A stretch of 64,000 nt of DNA from Podospora anserina (taxonomy: Eukaryota): positions 4,340,001 to 4,404,000 of the forward strand of contig CM030333.1 of the NCBI GenBank assembly GCA_017654855.1, written 5' to 3'. The position numbers and the translations under genes were made by a program. The stretch's first letter is position 1; every line of letters begins with the position of its first letter. The notes beneath the pieces were generated by a model, which saw nothing but the letters and a program-made list of their open reading frames with translations, was not told the DNA's origin and ran no database searches. Shown piece by piece: positions 20,459-34,253 of this stretch.

Positions 20459-21191
20459 ATGAACTTCCCAGGCGGCGGTGCGGGCGGGTTCCCCGGCGCA
20501 GGTGGTATCCCCTCGGCGGGAGGATCAGGGTCGTCAGCGACACCACCAATGCCCATGCCCCAGGGTGATCCAAACGTGAAGATGGCAGGCACCTCCTCCT
20601 AACCGTACTCTTCTCCGCACACCTTGTAGCTAACCCCATCTCCCACAGCTCCAAAATCTCATGGAATCCTGCTACGCCAAAACCGTCATGTCCGGCGGCG
20701 CAGGTTTCGCTCTTGGCGGTGTATTCGGCATGTTCATGGCCTCCGTACGTTCCCCCGTCTCTCCCTCTCCCCAATTCTCTCACTAATCCACCATTCTCCC
20801 ATCATAGATGGCCTACGACACCCCCTACCACTCCCCACAAACCGGCACCCCCGGCCAGCCCGCAATCCCAGGCATAAAACCCCCCGTCGACATCTCCACC
20901 CTCCCCCTCCGCAAGCAGCTCGCCCACGGCTTCAAAGACATGGGCGCCCGGTCCTGGTCCACCGCCAAAAACTTTGGCCAAGTAGGCGCCCTCTTCAGCG
21001 GCATCGAGTGCGGCATTGAAGGGTTAAGAGCAAAGAATGACTTGGCCAACGGTGTAGCGGCGGGTTGTCTGACGGGGGGGATTCTTGCCAGGAATGGGGG
21101 GCCCCAGGCGGCCGCGATTGGGTGTGCGGGTTTTGCGGCTTTCAGTGCCGCGATTGATGCTTGGATGAGGATGCCCAAGGATGAGGACTGA
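20459..21191 (+). CDS. TIM22: Mitochondrial inner membrane translocase Tim22
   Basis: MNFPGG...[34 protein letters not shown]...[26 protein letters not shown]...[11 protein letters not shown]; two introns. Confidence 0.94.
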
Positions 21192-21883
21192 TTGGTTCTA
21201 TCTGGGTATGTAGAGGCTGCGGTGGATAATGGAAGGTGTGTGCTGGAAGAGGAATGTAAGAAAAAAGAAGAGGGAGGCTGTATTATATGGATGGGGAGGG
21301 GGGTCTGTGTTTGTAATAGTTCATGTCTCATGGCATTGGCGTTGGCGGTTTGGCTTTGTTTCTCATGGGAGGCTGTTGTCGTGGCCTCTGGTTTTTGGAT
21401 CTAGAAAGGGGCAAAAAAGGGGCGCGGGAGGCTGTATAGACATGTTGGGCTGGCTGGGCTGGGGTTGGTCGAAGAAAAGCGATATACCATGTCTGTGGTC
21501 ACTTCGAGCAGGAATCTAGGGAGGAGGGCGAAAACACTCCACTTGGTTTTCATTTTTGTCTGCATATATATGCAAATTATGAGGCGTGGAGAATGTCGAC
21601 TACGAATTGACCGGCACTTATGACTACGCCTTTGTTACCAGCAGAAAAGGGGTCCTTATCCATGACAGTCTTCAGGGGCATTGCCCTCTATCATTCCGTC
21701 CAAAATGATCTCCCACCAAGGCACGTAAAAAATATCTAAAATATCTTAGGTAAATAAACCTAACCGAATTCCCGTCCCTGAGCGTACCAGAACCATCATG
21801 AGTATCACATTATCATTTCCTTGCTTCCATCATTACTCCTCCCTAACCTGCTCCCGCATTTCCTCCTTCAAATCGACGCCAGA

Positions 21884-23200
21884 TTACCTAGCCTCCCACA
21901 CCTGCCACGATCCAAACTCCCAGAATGCATCCGCAAAAGCCTGTGGGTTGTGGGCGATGAAATCCGTGCAGGTCATACCATCACGAGCTGTGGTTTCATC
22001 TAGTGAGCTTCATTGTCTTGGAAAAAGAGAGCTTCTTCTTGACTTACCGCAGCCGCTCCCGTTCCAGATATCCTCCGTGATGAAGTCACCGCAGATATTG
22101 ATATTGACAATCAAGCTCTGGTTCCTAAAGTGCTGCTCCATGTCGCACCTCGTGTTAGGAAAGTCCGCCAAAGGCAGTCCCCAGCTGCTGGGGTCCGGCT
22201 TTGCTGTCACGCCCCGACTGCCTTGTCCAAGAGCAGCAACGTCGAGGTTGATGTCAGTGGGGATGTCGCTTCTGGGCCAGATCCAACTCCTGATCCCCTC
22301 CTGTCTCCATTCCAACGCTACCACACCTCCTCCGGCGGCATTGAACTTGGGCCCAAATGTGTTCTTGGGGCCTTTGACTGTGCAACCTTCGTTGTGGTTG
22401 GTTTCATTCCAGCAGTCCTCTGCTCCGATGGTGCCGGTCAGTTCCCTGCGGACGCGCTTCACGTTGCAGCCCTCTGTGGTGTGAAGCGCAACAAGATTGC
22501 CGTCTGTGCCCTGGTTTACCGACTCCATGATGTCAATCTCTCCGTTGGCCGGCCAGGCGCCAGGCGAAGGATCGGTGAGCCAAAGGGCAGGCCAGGTACC
22601 GCATCCCACGGGGGTGTGCTTGACGTCAAAGATGAAAAGACCAGATTCGTACTGGCGGTTGGATTCCAGACGGACGGAGTGTCTCCCAGTGGTGGCATTG
22701 TCACGAGAAGTGTCGACCCGGATGTTGATGGTGTCTTGGTTGGCGGTGGTGAGGTTGTAGAGATCGGCATCCCCAGGCGAGACGTAGTGTACGAAACCAT
22801 GGGCTGGTGATGTTGTCAGTATAGAGCTCTTCAAACAAGACTCTCAGCAGCTAAAACTTACAAGGATCGTAAGTGTTGAAATAGGTGAACTTTTCAAAAA
22901 AGTTTGAGGGCAGGTCTATTACTCGGTCAGTAACCCGCCCTCAATAGGCAATCCCGAGCCCAAGCACAACTCACATGTCTCTACCAACTGGTAGTCCAAC
23001 TTAGTATAATTCGGATGCGCATCAATGAAGGGAAACTCGTCGCTCCCATTGTTGTTGTTATTCCTCGTCGCATTCACTCCCACCACAGTTGCCACCACAA
23101 CAATGACAATGATGATAATCACCGTCGCAAAGATCAGCCACGCCCTTCTCGTCCACGTCCTCGGGCTCCAAAAGGAGGGTTCCTTCTCGTCGTATGACAT
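21884..23200 (-). CDS. GH16 endo-1,3(4)-beta-glucanase-like protein with N-terminal membrane anchor
   Basis: N-terminal TM (LIFATVIIIIVIVVVATVVGV), GCGTWPALWL, catalytic GEIDIME, CGD, terminal AFADAFWEFGSWQVWEAR*; three introns. Confidence 0.9.
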
Positions 23201-24733
23201 CTTCTCAAGTCTTCCTCAATATCTCCGAAGTGCATCAAACAATCGAAACCAAAAGAGACCGGCTATGACTCCCAACCACCCAAAAGTGGAGTCTTGTGTG
23301 TTGGTATTTTGTCCAAAAGACAAACACCTGTCGAAGTTTGATGCAATTCACTTCTTCGCATGATGTTGAAACTCCCCACACAGAGAAAAAAACACGAGAA
23401 AGAAGGCGTCGTCAACAGATCGACAGGGGGGAAGCAACGACACGAGTTCTTATACCATAGGTAAGGTATCTACCTCACCCACCCCCCCAAACCCCGTATT
23501 CCGTATTCCGCTCCTTCCCCCCATGAATTAAACCACAGAAATCATCATGCTAGGAACGAATCCCTCCCATCATCACCTCCAAATCCGTATCCATCGTCCG
23601 TGGTCCCCACTCACACCATACCAAGGACACACGTTCCCAACAGGTTAGTGAACCATATTCAGTTTTGGGCAAGCACCTCCCATGCTCGCTGATACTGCTA
23701 ACCACAGACGGCCGAACCGCCCAAGTGACGAAAAGTCCCCAAGTTGGGTGGGTGAGCAAACGCAAAGCACAAGATCCTTACATTGAAGCATTAGGGTGCC
23801 ATTTTACCACGAAACTTGACTGCCAACAACATCTGGCTGCGCCACAACGGTCTTTTTTCTTTGCAGAAAAGTGATTTATTGCCGTGTATCCGTTCTTTCC
23901 ATAAGTTATCATATGGTAGCGGTTAATCAACAATGCAGAAAAAGCAATAGGCCTCCGTCCGTGGGATCGGCCGAGTATATGACGGGAATTTGTTGATTAG
24001 CAGAGTCGCACAACCACCAAACCAGCAACAACAAGCTTTTTTGCTACCCAGCCTTCGATTACCCATCTAGACAGTGACGAGCCTTCGGAAAACACTACAT
24101 TTTATTTCCGATGGTATGAGATATCGGGTTTAAGTCCGCGACATAAACCCGCCCCTCTGCTCCACATGACCAACGACAAGGTAAACCGCTATCAAATCAC
24201 ACATATCAAGTCCAAGCAGTCAGCCTTCCCCCAATGTCACACAACATAGCTTACCTTACCTACCTTATGCTTAATATCCCCTCTCCCACCCGCACAAGGA
24301 CCTTGCCACAAAGGCCCGATGACAACACACATATAAGGACCCCCCAAACCGTTACACCAAAACGGTTGTGAGAAACACCCCAGGCAGCGACATAGTTGTA
24401 GAGGGCATCAGGGTTACACAGCAGATAAAAGCCCGTATCTTCTACCCACCTTTCCTATAGAATGATGATATCTATGTTGCTGTATAACCACGTGTAAATA
24501 TCTCGCCAACGACACTGCCCTAGAAATATATGTCCGGACTACAGCTGTTACATCGTCAAGACCCTTGCAGCAAAGCCAAGACCACGACTCTGATAACCCC
24601 CAATCTCAACACTCTCACCAGAGCCTCATTCTTGTAACACAAAACAACGACAATGACCACGTACAAGAATCGTATCCGCTCAATTCACATCCTGCCTACC
24701 CCCGCCCCACCTATCAATTCAATCTCAACGCGC

Positions 24734-26557
24734 TCAATCATCCTCCTCCTCAACCCTAGTCCTCTTACTCCTCCTATCCCCCTCCTCCTGCTGCAATCCA
24801 TACCCCCTCTTCCCCGATCTCGCCGCCGCCGCAGCAGCAGCAGTCTCCTGCTGCACCTCCGACAAAAACTTGTCAACATTAAACGGATCACTAGTATCCT
24901 TCTCAAACTGCACCGGCCCCTCCCTCGGCTCATTGTCCTCCGTCCCCTTGAACTTTCCCCTCCCCAGCGCCTCCCCAAACCTATTCCCCTTGCTTATCCT
25001 GTCCATCGCCCTATCCCCAGCCCCCTCATCATCATCATCCTGATTAACCCTCGGTCTATAAATCGAATTAACCGCATCCTGCGCCGCAAAAAGCGGCTTG
25101 TCATACGGGTTATCCTCATTGAACCCACTGCTAAACCCGCTCGATTGGTTGAAAAGCCGCGAGTCGTACATCCCCTCCTTGGACTGCGTCGGCTTGGCCA
25201 GACCGAGAGCAATCTTTTCCGAAATGTCGCGGTCCATCTCGCGGGCCATGACCTGAGCCCTCCTCTCGGCACCCATGCGTGACTGCCTGAGCTTCCGCTC
25301 TTCCTCCTTGAGCCTCTCCTTCCGAGCCTCCCTCCTCGCACGCTCAGAGCTGTCGCTTTCCGAGCCAGAATAGTCAGAGCCGCTGTAAGACCGGGACCTA
25401 GACCGAGACCCAGATTGGGAGCGAGATGACCGTCTCCTGCTGCCACCCCCCGCCCTGTCGGCGCGGGCCTGTTGTGCCAGCTGACGAAGATTCTCCTCCT
25501 TTTGCAACCGCTCCTTCTCCGCTAGCCTCTGCTGCATCATGGCGCGCTGCCGTACCTCTTCTCTGGCGTGTCTATCAGCCACGAAGAGGGCTTCGGAAAA
25601 TTGAGCAAACTTGTCGTTGATCTGAACATCCTGGAGGTTGCGACCATCGGCGGCCAACCTCTTGTCAAGAGGAACAGTGAAACCCTTCGAGTTCTTCCAG
25701 AGCGAAACAGGGGGGGGGATACGCCACGCCTCCTGGTCCTCAGCCGTCAGTTTCCTCGGTGGCGAATGCATAACCGGCGGCGGCGGCGTCGGTGGTCCCC
25801 TCGGGATCTTCTTGTGCTTGAACTTGGGCGGCTCCATCGGATCCGCCTGCCTCTCCACCACCTTGATGATCCTCTCCTGCTTCTTGGAACTATCCCCCAT
25901 CTGCGACGACGGCGTGTACTTGACAAACGTCGGGTCCCTCCTCCCATTCACGTTCACATTCTTGGGCTTTTGCGCCGCAACCGCACCGCTGACCAGCTTG
26001 GCGAGGGCATTCTTCGTCCTTTCGGCCGTCTCCTGTACCGTCTCCTGGCTAGGTCTCGAGAGGTCCAACTCGCCCGCCTCGGCACGCTGTCGTAGTGGAA
26101 TCAGGTCCTTGAACGAAGTGTGAATGATGCGGTCTTTGCTGTGCCCTTGGCGCGCGATGGCGGAGTAATCGACCTTGCCCTCGCTGTTGACTTGCACCAC
26201 GAGCGCATTGGAAGTTGACGCGCCATCGCCTTTGCCCCAGGGGTATTGCGCGACGGGGATTTCAGGAAACGCGCCGCCATCGCCGAAATCCTCGGGCGCG
26301 CGAGGACGCCAACCTGCTCGGTTTCCATATGGGGGTGGTCCTGTTCTCTGTGGAGGAGAACAGCTGTTAGTAACCGGAATGGGTACAAAATTCAATGCAA
26401 TGTCGAGCTGGCTGACCTTTAGGACGAGCTGTGTGCTGTCGATTTCGTTGGCACCGACGATCCGAGGGCCGCGCTGCTGTGCCCGTAACTCTTCATCTTC
26501 GCCTGTATATTTTGGTTTTGGAAGGGCCTGAGTGAGGCCAGATGCTATCGAAACCAT
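24734..26557 (-). CDS. PRP45: Spliceosomal protein Prp45/SKIP (SNW1)
   Basis: EDFGDGGAFPEIPVAQYP, DPMEPPKFKHKKIPRGPP, WRIPPPVSLWKNSKGFTVPLDKRLAADGR, GPVQFEKD; one in-frame intron ~26348-26416. Confidence 0.95.
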   Translation of the reverse strand: MVSIASGLTQALPKPKYTGEDEELRAQQRGPRIVGANEIDSTQLVLKVSQLDIALNFVPIPVTNSCSPPQRTGPPPYGNRAGWRPRAPEDFGDGGAFPEIPVAQYPWGKGDGASTSNALVVQVNSEGKVDYSAIARQGHSKDRIIHTSFKDLIPLRQRAEAGELDLSRPSQETVQETAERTKNALAKLVSGAVAAQKPKNVNVNGRRDPTFVKYTPSSQMGDSSKKQERIIKVVERQADPMEPPKFKHKKIPRGPPTPPPPVMHSPPRKLTAEDQEAWRIPPPVSLWKNSKGFTVPLDKRLAADGRNLQDVQINDKFAQFSEALFVADRHAREEVRQRAMMQQRLAEKERLQKEENLRQLAQQARADRAGGGSRRRSSRSQSGSRSRSRSYSGSDYSGSESDSSERARREARKERLKEEERKLRQSRMGAERRAQVMAREMDRDISEKIALGLAKPTQSKEGMYDSRLFNQSSGFSSGFNEDNPYDKPLFAAQDAVNSIYRPRVNQDDDDEGAGDRAMDRISKGNRFGEALGRGKFKGTEDNEPREGPVQFEKDTSDPFNVDKFLSEVQQETAAAAAAARSGKRGYGLQQEEGDRRSKRTRVEEEDD

Positions 26558-27084
26558 CGTTGTTTATTTTGGAGTTGTTCGCGGTGACGGGCTGTCGCGA
26601 TACTGAGGTTTGACGGAGTGGAGATTCTGGTCTTAAATCTTGAAAAGTTCCAGGTGCTGTCGCAGCGAGGACAGAGAGGACGCAGAGCAGGCTGGAGAGG
26701 CTTATCGTATTTTTCTTATCGGGTCTTGGCACTAACAGTGGCCCGCGCTTCCAATCCATCCACAGTGTTCAAGATGAACTGCAAGGTCAACCTGACCTCG
26801 GTAACAATATCAAGGAAACAAGTTCAAAGGTTGAGTCTTGAAATTACAATCATCACACGTTTCCCGTATTCTACCAGACACTATAACCCAGAAAATGCGA
26901 TATCACGCCGAAAAGAGACAAACAAGGACCACCAGATATAAATAACCCACCCCTTCACAAGACCCATGAGCCACCCCTATGATACATAATCCTCATAGCA
27001 AGACATGCCCAATTCGTCAAGTTATACGCCCGGTCCAGACCAAACACGCTTTTATTTTTGCATTCCAAAAAAAGACAACACCCC

Positions 27085-27856
27085 TCATACGTAGCCCTTC
27101 CGCGCACCCTGGAAGAAGAAGCGGACAATAAACACCTGCAGAGCTCCCATGGCCATGATCATCAGAATCTGGACGATGCTGAAGTTGACGATTCTTTGTT
27201 CTGTGCTGCGGACGGTGCTGAAGTTGCGGTTCTCACGGGTGCGGAAGTATTTCTGGTTGCGGGTGATGGTGGACAGCTGGCCCGAGAGCTTGAACAGGGA
27301 CTCCTCGAGGGCTGATGTTTGTTCCGGTGACGAGCCCTGCTTCGAGGGAATGGTAACGCGCGCTTCGTTCTCGACCTAAAGTGCAAAGAGTAGATGTCAG
27401 TATATGCGCTGCGGTTTGCAGGTGAAGGGCCAGGGGTATGGCTTACAGCAATCTCAAAGTCGACAAACTTCTCGGTGTATGTGCTCATCTCGTTATTGAA
27501 ACAGAACGAGTATTCGCCAACCTCCCTGGCGGTGAAGACAAAGTCTCCCTGCCTCTCCTTCTGGCCATCCATGATGTATTTCCCATTGGGACCCGTCACT
27601 TCGTAATCGATATCGAAGGAACCACCGGATTGCACCTATAGAACCGTGTGAGTATCACCGCCAGAGAGTAAGTAGTCCAGAGTCCAACGATAGGTGCGCA
27701 TACGGCAAAGTAAAAGGCAATCTTCTCGTCCTTGTTCTGTGTTGCTGTGTAGAAGCACGCCCTCTCGTTCGCATGAACCTTGTAGGTCAGGGCTGTGGCG
27801 ACGACCTGGCTGGCCAGTAGGCCCAAGAGACCGCACGAAAGCAATGGCAGCTGCAT
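27085..27856 (-). CDS. p24/EMP24-GP25L family ER-Golgi cargo protein (Erp3-like)
   Basis: Signal peptide, ERACFY...FYFA/VQSGGSFDIDY...GEYSFCFNNEMST GOLD domain, YFRTRENRNFSTVRSTE, TM and FFQGARKGYV*; two introns. Confidence 0.9.
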
Positions 27857-28467
27857 GGTGAGCCGGCTGTGTGTTTTCGAGAAGAAGTGTCGTCGAGATG
27901 CTGCTGCTGGTATCGCAACGCTTCGGCTCGGCTTCAGGACAAGTCTCAATCGCGCGCGCCGGACCCTGCCACTCAGAGCCAACACCTCAGCCAATTGCCA
28001 AAGCGCTGAGCTGGACACTTTTGGCCGGAACAACCAAGTTCCTGGCCCGCTCCCATCCAGGGCGCCAGCTGCGGCAGGGGGCCCATGCACACCTGGCCCA
28101 AGCTCTATCCTGGTTCTTGGCCAACCACCGGGGTTTTGTTCCGCCCAGTGACATCAGCGGAATTAGTTGCGTTAAGAGCCTGAAGCTGGTGCACGCGCGG
28201 TGAGGCCTGTTTCTTCAGAGCCCGAATTTACACATATTCTTCCTTCTCATATTTACCTAGACCAAGTGACTGTTTGTTGAGTTCTTCTTGCTGGGAAACC
28301 GTTTGTTGTGGCCGGCCTTGCAATTTCAATTCCTACCGGCCATATTTGTCGAGACCCGCCATGACCCATCAAATTTCATAGTGACGACACAGACTGAGAA
28401 ACTCATAGAAAACACAATTACCCAGTCGTTATTTGAGTGAACCTCGCTACAGAGGGCATATCTCAAG

Positions 28468-30648
28468 ATGACGATACCACAAACGAAAGTCGCGACAGCG
28501 ACATCGGTCGCTATCAGGGCACTCAGTTACTTCTTTTTACGATGGGTAAGTGGGGGCGAAGCACAGCTACGAGGATCAAGACCATTCACTAACTACCTCT
28601 GGGATATCTAGGCTCTTGCTCCTGTAAGTAAACGATTATGCATTGCTGATTAGATGGAGCGAGTTTCTGACAGAGGGGTGATAGCCATTTCCCGCCCTTA
28701 TCTTTGCGTTATTCGCTGTCTACCTGCCATCATTTGTGTCGGGATATCTGCATGAGCCAAAGCAGGAACTAGTTGATCAAGTTGATGTCACAGTAACGGA
28801 CATTCCAATCGAGGTTGAGGTTCCCGAGAATGGCAGGAGAAACCGCGGGACCGAAAAGCTGGTGGCCGAACAGGTGGCTGTTGAGGAGACCCTCACGATC
28901 GAAGACAGACCCCTGAACCCCTTAAAGACACTGCTCTCTGGTGCCCCCAACCCGCGGAGTTTGCTTCTGTCAGCTACCACGCTTCTCATCAACGCTATCT
29001 GCGTCGGCATGGTCGCTGACCGTCTGTTCACCGAGCGCTATCACACTGGCGATGACCTCTCTTTTGCCAGACTCGGCTTTGTCTCTGAACATGAGGCCAA
29101 GCTTCTCATTAGAGAGCCAGACCAGTCCAAGATGCCCGTCACCGTCGAAGTACACATCAAGGACCCGGTGGCGCCTTTTGACAACCCCCTGTGGCAGAGC
29201 GCTGGTGGTATCAAGTTCACCACCAACGAAACCGACTACACCGCCGTTGTTCCCATCCCCCTCCGGAACTCCAAGATGCGCACCTACCAATGGCGCACCT
29301 CGAACAACCACACCGGAGAGTTCACCACCCCTCCTCCCGTCGGCCACGCTGAAGAGGCCACCACCGGCCCCTTCACCTTCCTCTCCACCTCCTGCATCGT
29401 CTCCCGACTCCCTTACTCGCCGTTTGACCACCCCTTGGCCATCCCAGGCTTCCGCTACCTCGCCAAGGTCCTCCCCACCCTCAACGCGCAATTCATGCTC
29501 TTCCTGGGAGATTTCATCTACGCCGACGTGCCCCGCTACTGGGGAAGTTCAAAGTCTGACTACAGGCAAAAATACCGCCAGGTCTACGCCTCGCCCGACT
29601 GGCCTTCTGTCGGTCAAAACCTCAGCTGGATTCACACCCTCGACGACCACGAAATCGCCAACGACTGGTCCGCCAACTCGACGGGCGTCTACAAGGCGGC
29701 TTTTGACCCCTTTGAGCACTACCAAGCAGCTGCCAACCCTCCCCCGGCACGCAGAGCAGGCGGCATCGCCGCTCGCAAATCGGCGACGTATTACTCCTTC
29801 ACCCAAGGTCCGGCGAGCTTTTTCCTGCTGGACACGAGGACGTTCCGGTCGGATAATCATCTTCCTGATACAGCCGAGGAACAAAAGACTATGCTTGGCC
29901 CTGAGCAGCTGGAGGACTTTTTGGCGTGGCTCAAGAAACCTGAGCCGAAAGGGGTCAAGTGGAAGATTGTGGCCAGCTCGGTGCCGTTTACGAAGAACTG
30001 GCCGGTTAACACTCAGGATACGTGGGGTGGGTTTTTGACGGAGAGGAGGAAGGTGCTGGAGGCGATGTGGGATGTTTCGAGGAGGGGGGTGGGGGTTGTG
30101 GTGCTTAGTGGGGATAGGCACGAGTTTGCTGCGACCAAGTTCCCGCCGCCGGTTCCCGTGCTGGTGGAGGGAGAGGGAGAGGGGGAAGTCCATGTGGAGG
30201 GGAGGGCGTGGCCGGAGGAGGCGACGGTGTGGGAGTTTTCGGCTAGTCCGTTGAGTCAGTTTTATAGTCCGGTTGGGACTTATAGGGAGAGGGATGGGGA
30301 GGATGTGATGGTCAAGTGAGTTTTTCCTTTTTCTTTTTTGTTTTTTTGTTGTTTTTTTTTTGTTTTTTTTGTTTTTTTTTTGTTTTTTTTTTGTTTTTTT
30401 TTGTTTTTTTTTGTTTCTTGATGAGAATGTTGAGTGGCTAATGTGAGGTGGTGAGCAGGTATATTCATAAGGGAAACTCCAAGTTTGGAGCGATCACTAT
30501 TGAGAATTTGGAGGGCGGTGATCAGAGCAGCTTGAAGTATAGGCTGTTTGTGGACGGGGAGGAGGTGTGGAACACGGTGCTTCTGTCGCCGAAGGGGGAC
30601 CAGGCTCCGGCGAGGGGGTCGTTTTGGAGTAAGTTGATTGGTGCTTAG
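28468..30648 (+). CDS. PhoD-like (alkaline phosphatase D family) metallophosphatase, membrane-anchored
   Basis: FLSTSC, FMLFLGDFIYAD, DDHEIANDW, FFLLDTR, DTWGGF, LSGDRHE; 5' exons from ATG 28468 including a 12-nt micro-exon (~28612-28623); last exon YIHKGNSKFG ends 30648. Confidence 0.88.
30320..30418. repeat. T-rich (GTn) low-complexity tract inside last PhoD intron
   Basis: ~100 nt of T runs punctuated by G. Confidence 0.85.
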
Positions 30649-31462
30649 GATGGGGGTTGGTGATGATCTTGTGGAGATGAGATTATTTCCATGCGATATG
30701 ATCGAAACATCTCGAGGAGGAGATCGAGAGGGGAATTTGCGGAGGAGGCTATCTGATGATCTTATACACGAGAGAGGGGGTGCGCCAGAAGAGGTTATCT
30801 GTTGATGTTATACACAAGGGAGGGAGGCATATGGGACTTTGGAAGGAGAAGGACGTCTGGAGTTTGGTGATTTCTACGGTGGATGAGATATCTAGATCTA
30901 GTCAATACCTTGCTTTTCTGCTTGGAACACCGACCGTCGTGAAGCAGGATAAAAGAGGGACCCTTTGTCGCCTCTAGAGCACAGCGAACCCTAACCCGTG
31001 ATATATACCTCGTTGGTGGAGAACAACGACATGCCCGACATGCCGCTCAGCAACACCACCTAGATATAGGCCCTCCGTTTAACCGACAGAGCAACAGGTT
31101 TGAGCAACTTGAATAAACCCTTTGTCTTGATAATATCTCAAGAAACAACTCATCATGGGTTCCTCACTTCGTGTCACCACCCCTACTGCCAGCAACCCTC
31201 TCTCTCTCCCATTCCAACTCTCATCTGCCGAGGTTCTACGAAACAGGACAGGAACGAGCGAATGATCCGGTTTTCTTGGCGGAGCCGGCTCCGTCACTTG
31301 TAAACCTGCGGTTAAGCTCGGCGCTCTTGTTATAATAAGCAAGCGGACGTGGAAACATCCAAAGTCATATGATGCTTTAAATCTCACTGTAACTGACTAA
31401 CTGTCGATACGCAAATTTTTAGTTTTTTTGGGGAATTATTTTGTAACACAATTTCTCCAAAA

Positions 31463-33366
31463 ATGAAGTCATTCCTAGCTTTGAGGCCAGTTTTGTTTAA
31501 AAGGGAACTGCTGCTTGCTGCTGCAAGGTGAGTGAAACATTGATCGATTTGAGGGAGGGGGTGGAGGGAGCTCATTCGTTAACGACACATGCGCGCAGCA
31601 GCCGTGGGAGGTCTTTTGCACTGTACACTGCCGCTGCCACCACCAGTCAGAACAGAGTCAAGCTCAGTGTGAGAGGGTACAGTACGAAGAAGAGTGTGAG
31701 TGTTGGGGGTGGTGGGCTCAAGGTGGAGGTTGAGGGGGGGAGGAAGAAGAGGGAGAGTTTGTAAGTCGCGAGGATAATATGATATGGTTGAGATGCTGAT
31801 GATAGTTCTTGTTCTTGTCTTATTTAGGCCGTACTTTTGGTTGAGGTGAGTATATGCACCTCTTTTCGGCTGAGCGACCTGCAATGCACAGAAGGACGAC
31901 TGAACGACCTGCAGGGACAACTGCCGGTGCGCGAGCTGCATTAATCAGGATACGAGGCAGAGGAATTTCAATACTTTTGCGGTGAGTCTTCTTGATGGCC
32001 TTTTGGGAGGGAGACAAATTTTTGCTGATGAAAATGAATGGTGGGTAGATTCCTGCGGATATCAAACCTGAGAGTGTTAGCTCGACGGCGGAGGGGGTTG
32101 CTGTCAAGTGTTTGTGATCTCTTACCCCCTCCTTCTTGAACACGTTTGGCATGCTGATGGGGAGATGTTAGGGTCCGACGGCCATGAGAGCAATTATGAC
32201 TGGGATTTCATCCAGCACTACGTGAAGGAGGACAAGAGGGACAGAAGCGTCACCCAGGAGTACGTCCTCATCTCAAACCCCAAAAAGATCGAGCTAACAC
32301 TCCCCAAGCCAGCACTACTGGGGCGCGGAAATAGCCTCCAACCCACCCACCGTCTCCTACAACGAAGTGATGAACTCTGACCAAGGCGTGGCCGACCTCA
32401 CAGCAAAGATCGTGAGTTCTCCCCTCCCCCCTTCCCTTCCCCCTTCCACACATGATACTTACACTTCCTCCCTCAGCAAAAATACGGCTTCTCCTTCATC
32501 TCCTCCACCCCCTCCCACGACCCGGACCCAACCCGCCAGGTCCTCGAGCGCATCGCCTTCATCCGCCTGACCCACTACGGCGGCTTCTACGACTTCATCC
32601 CCGACCTCGCCATGGCCGACACGGCCTACACCAACCTCGCCCTCCCCGCCCACACGGACAACACTTACTTCACCGATCCCTCCGGCCTCCAAGCGTTCCA
32701 CCTCCTCTCTCACACCCCTCCCCCGGGTGTTTCTGCCGAGACCGTCCAGGGCGGTGCTTCCTTGTTGGTGGACGGTTTCAACGCCGCCAAGGTGTTGAAA
32801 AAGGAGGACCCAAAGGCGTACGAGATTTTGACTCAAGTCCGACTGCCCTGGCATGCGAGCGGGAACGCGGGGATTACGATCACCCCGGATAGGTTGTATC
32901 CCGTGTTGGAGGTGGTGGATGGGGAGCTGGGGAGGGTGAGGTGGAATAATGATGATAGGGGGGTTGTGCCGTTTGGGGAGGGGTATACTCCCGAGGAGTG
33001 GTATGGGGCGGCGAGGAAGTGGGATGAGATGCTGAGGAGGAGGGAGAGTGAGTATTGGGTGCAGTTGACGCCGGGGAGGGTGCTTGGTGAGGTCTTTGAT
33101 GCTCTTAACTAGGGGGGGGGAAGAGATATGCTAACGATGCTGGGGTAGTGTTTGACAACTGGAGGGTTATGCATGGGAGGAGTGCGTTTGAGGGGATTAG
33201 GAGGATTTGTGGGGCTTATAGTAAGTTCTCTTTGGTTGTCTTGTTTCTATTGTTTGGTTTATGGTATGCTGATGGGTTGGAAATAGTCAACAGAGACGAT
33301 TGGATCTCGAGATGGAGAAACACCAACTTTGACAGGAAGAAGGTGTTGGACAGTGTAATCGGGTAG
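31463..33366 (+). CDS. Trimethyllysine dioxygenase (carnitine biosynthesis; TauD/GBBH family), multi-exon
   Basis: PYFWLR/DNCRCASCINQDTRQRNFNTF zinc motif, IAFIRLTHYGGFYDF, DTAYTNLALPAHTDNTYFTDPSGLQ, RVRWNNDDR, FDNWRVMHGRSAF; start at 31463 is inferred. Confidence 0.88.
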
Positions 33367-34072
33367 AGTGGTGCCGAGGGGGTTAGGTATCAATTTCTTA
33401 GGGCCAGCCCGAACCAGATACAAATCCCAGGGTCTGGTATGCATGCGCTGTAACGTTTGACTACATTTGATTGCTTGACAGGATTGACAAGTCAGTTCGA
33501 TGTGAGCTTGCATTTACCCCACCTCCGCATCGACTGACAGCTACCTATTTACCCGGCTGTTGTGTGTTTTCTTAATGCCATCTGGCAGACGTTTGAAGCT
33601 CTCGACTTGAGTTTCCCCGGGAACTTTTGGAGACACTTTCCATGTACTTAGTTTAAAGGCTAAAGTTATAAAATCGATAATTCCATAGATATCGGCCCTT
33701 CCCGCTCAACTCCAGTCCCCGGATTTACCCCTCGATCCCCACGCTCCACACCCATGGAGCCAGAAACAAAGACAACCCAAGGCCACGAATGGCATCATTG
33801 TGCATATGGGTATTGCCCACGAATCTTTGGGCACCATCCGCGGTATTCACGTAACCAAGCTCCACAAGACTTCGGAATCTGGCAAGGGGATCCGTCTTCC
33901 CCTCCACTTCTTGATCGAGTTTCCGCGCTGGACAGCTGGCAGCAGGGCAGCTGGACAAGCAGTAACAGACAAGATAGGTACAACGTAGCCGGGTAAGGGT
34001 ATGTAGGTATCCATCCGTTTCGAGGGACCATAGGAGCCGACATGGTCTCCGAAGGTAATCTGCGGGGTTGGC

Positions 34073-34073
<1 letters not shown>

Positions 34074-34101
<28 letters not shown>
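34074..34101. repeat. (GT)n microsatellite
   Basis: ~14 TG units followed nearby by a T-rich tract. Confidence 0.85.
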
Positions 34102-34105
<4 letters not shown>

Positions 34106-34253
34106 GGCCGAGATAGGTAGCTCCGCCTCGATCTTTGTAGATCTGCCTCGTCCCCCCTTTTCTTTTTTTCTTTTTTTTTCTTTTTTTCTTTTTTTCTCCG
34201 TTTCCTGCTTCTAGTTACTCAGTTCGAGATCAACAAACTCACCAAACTTCAAA

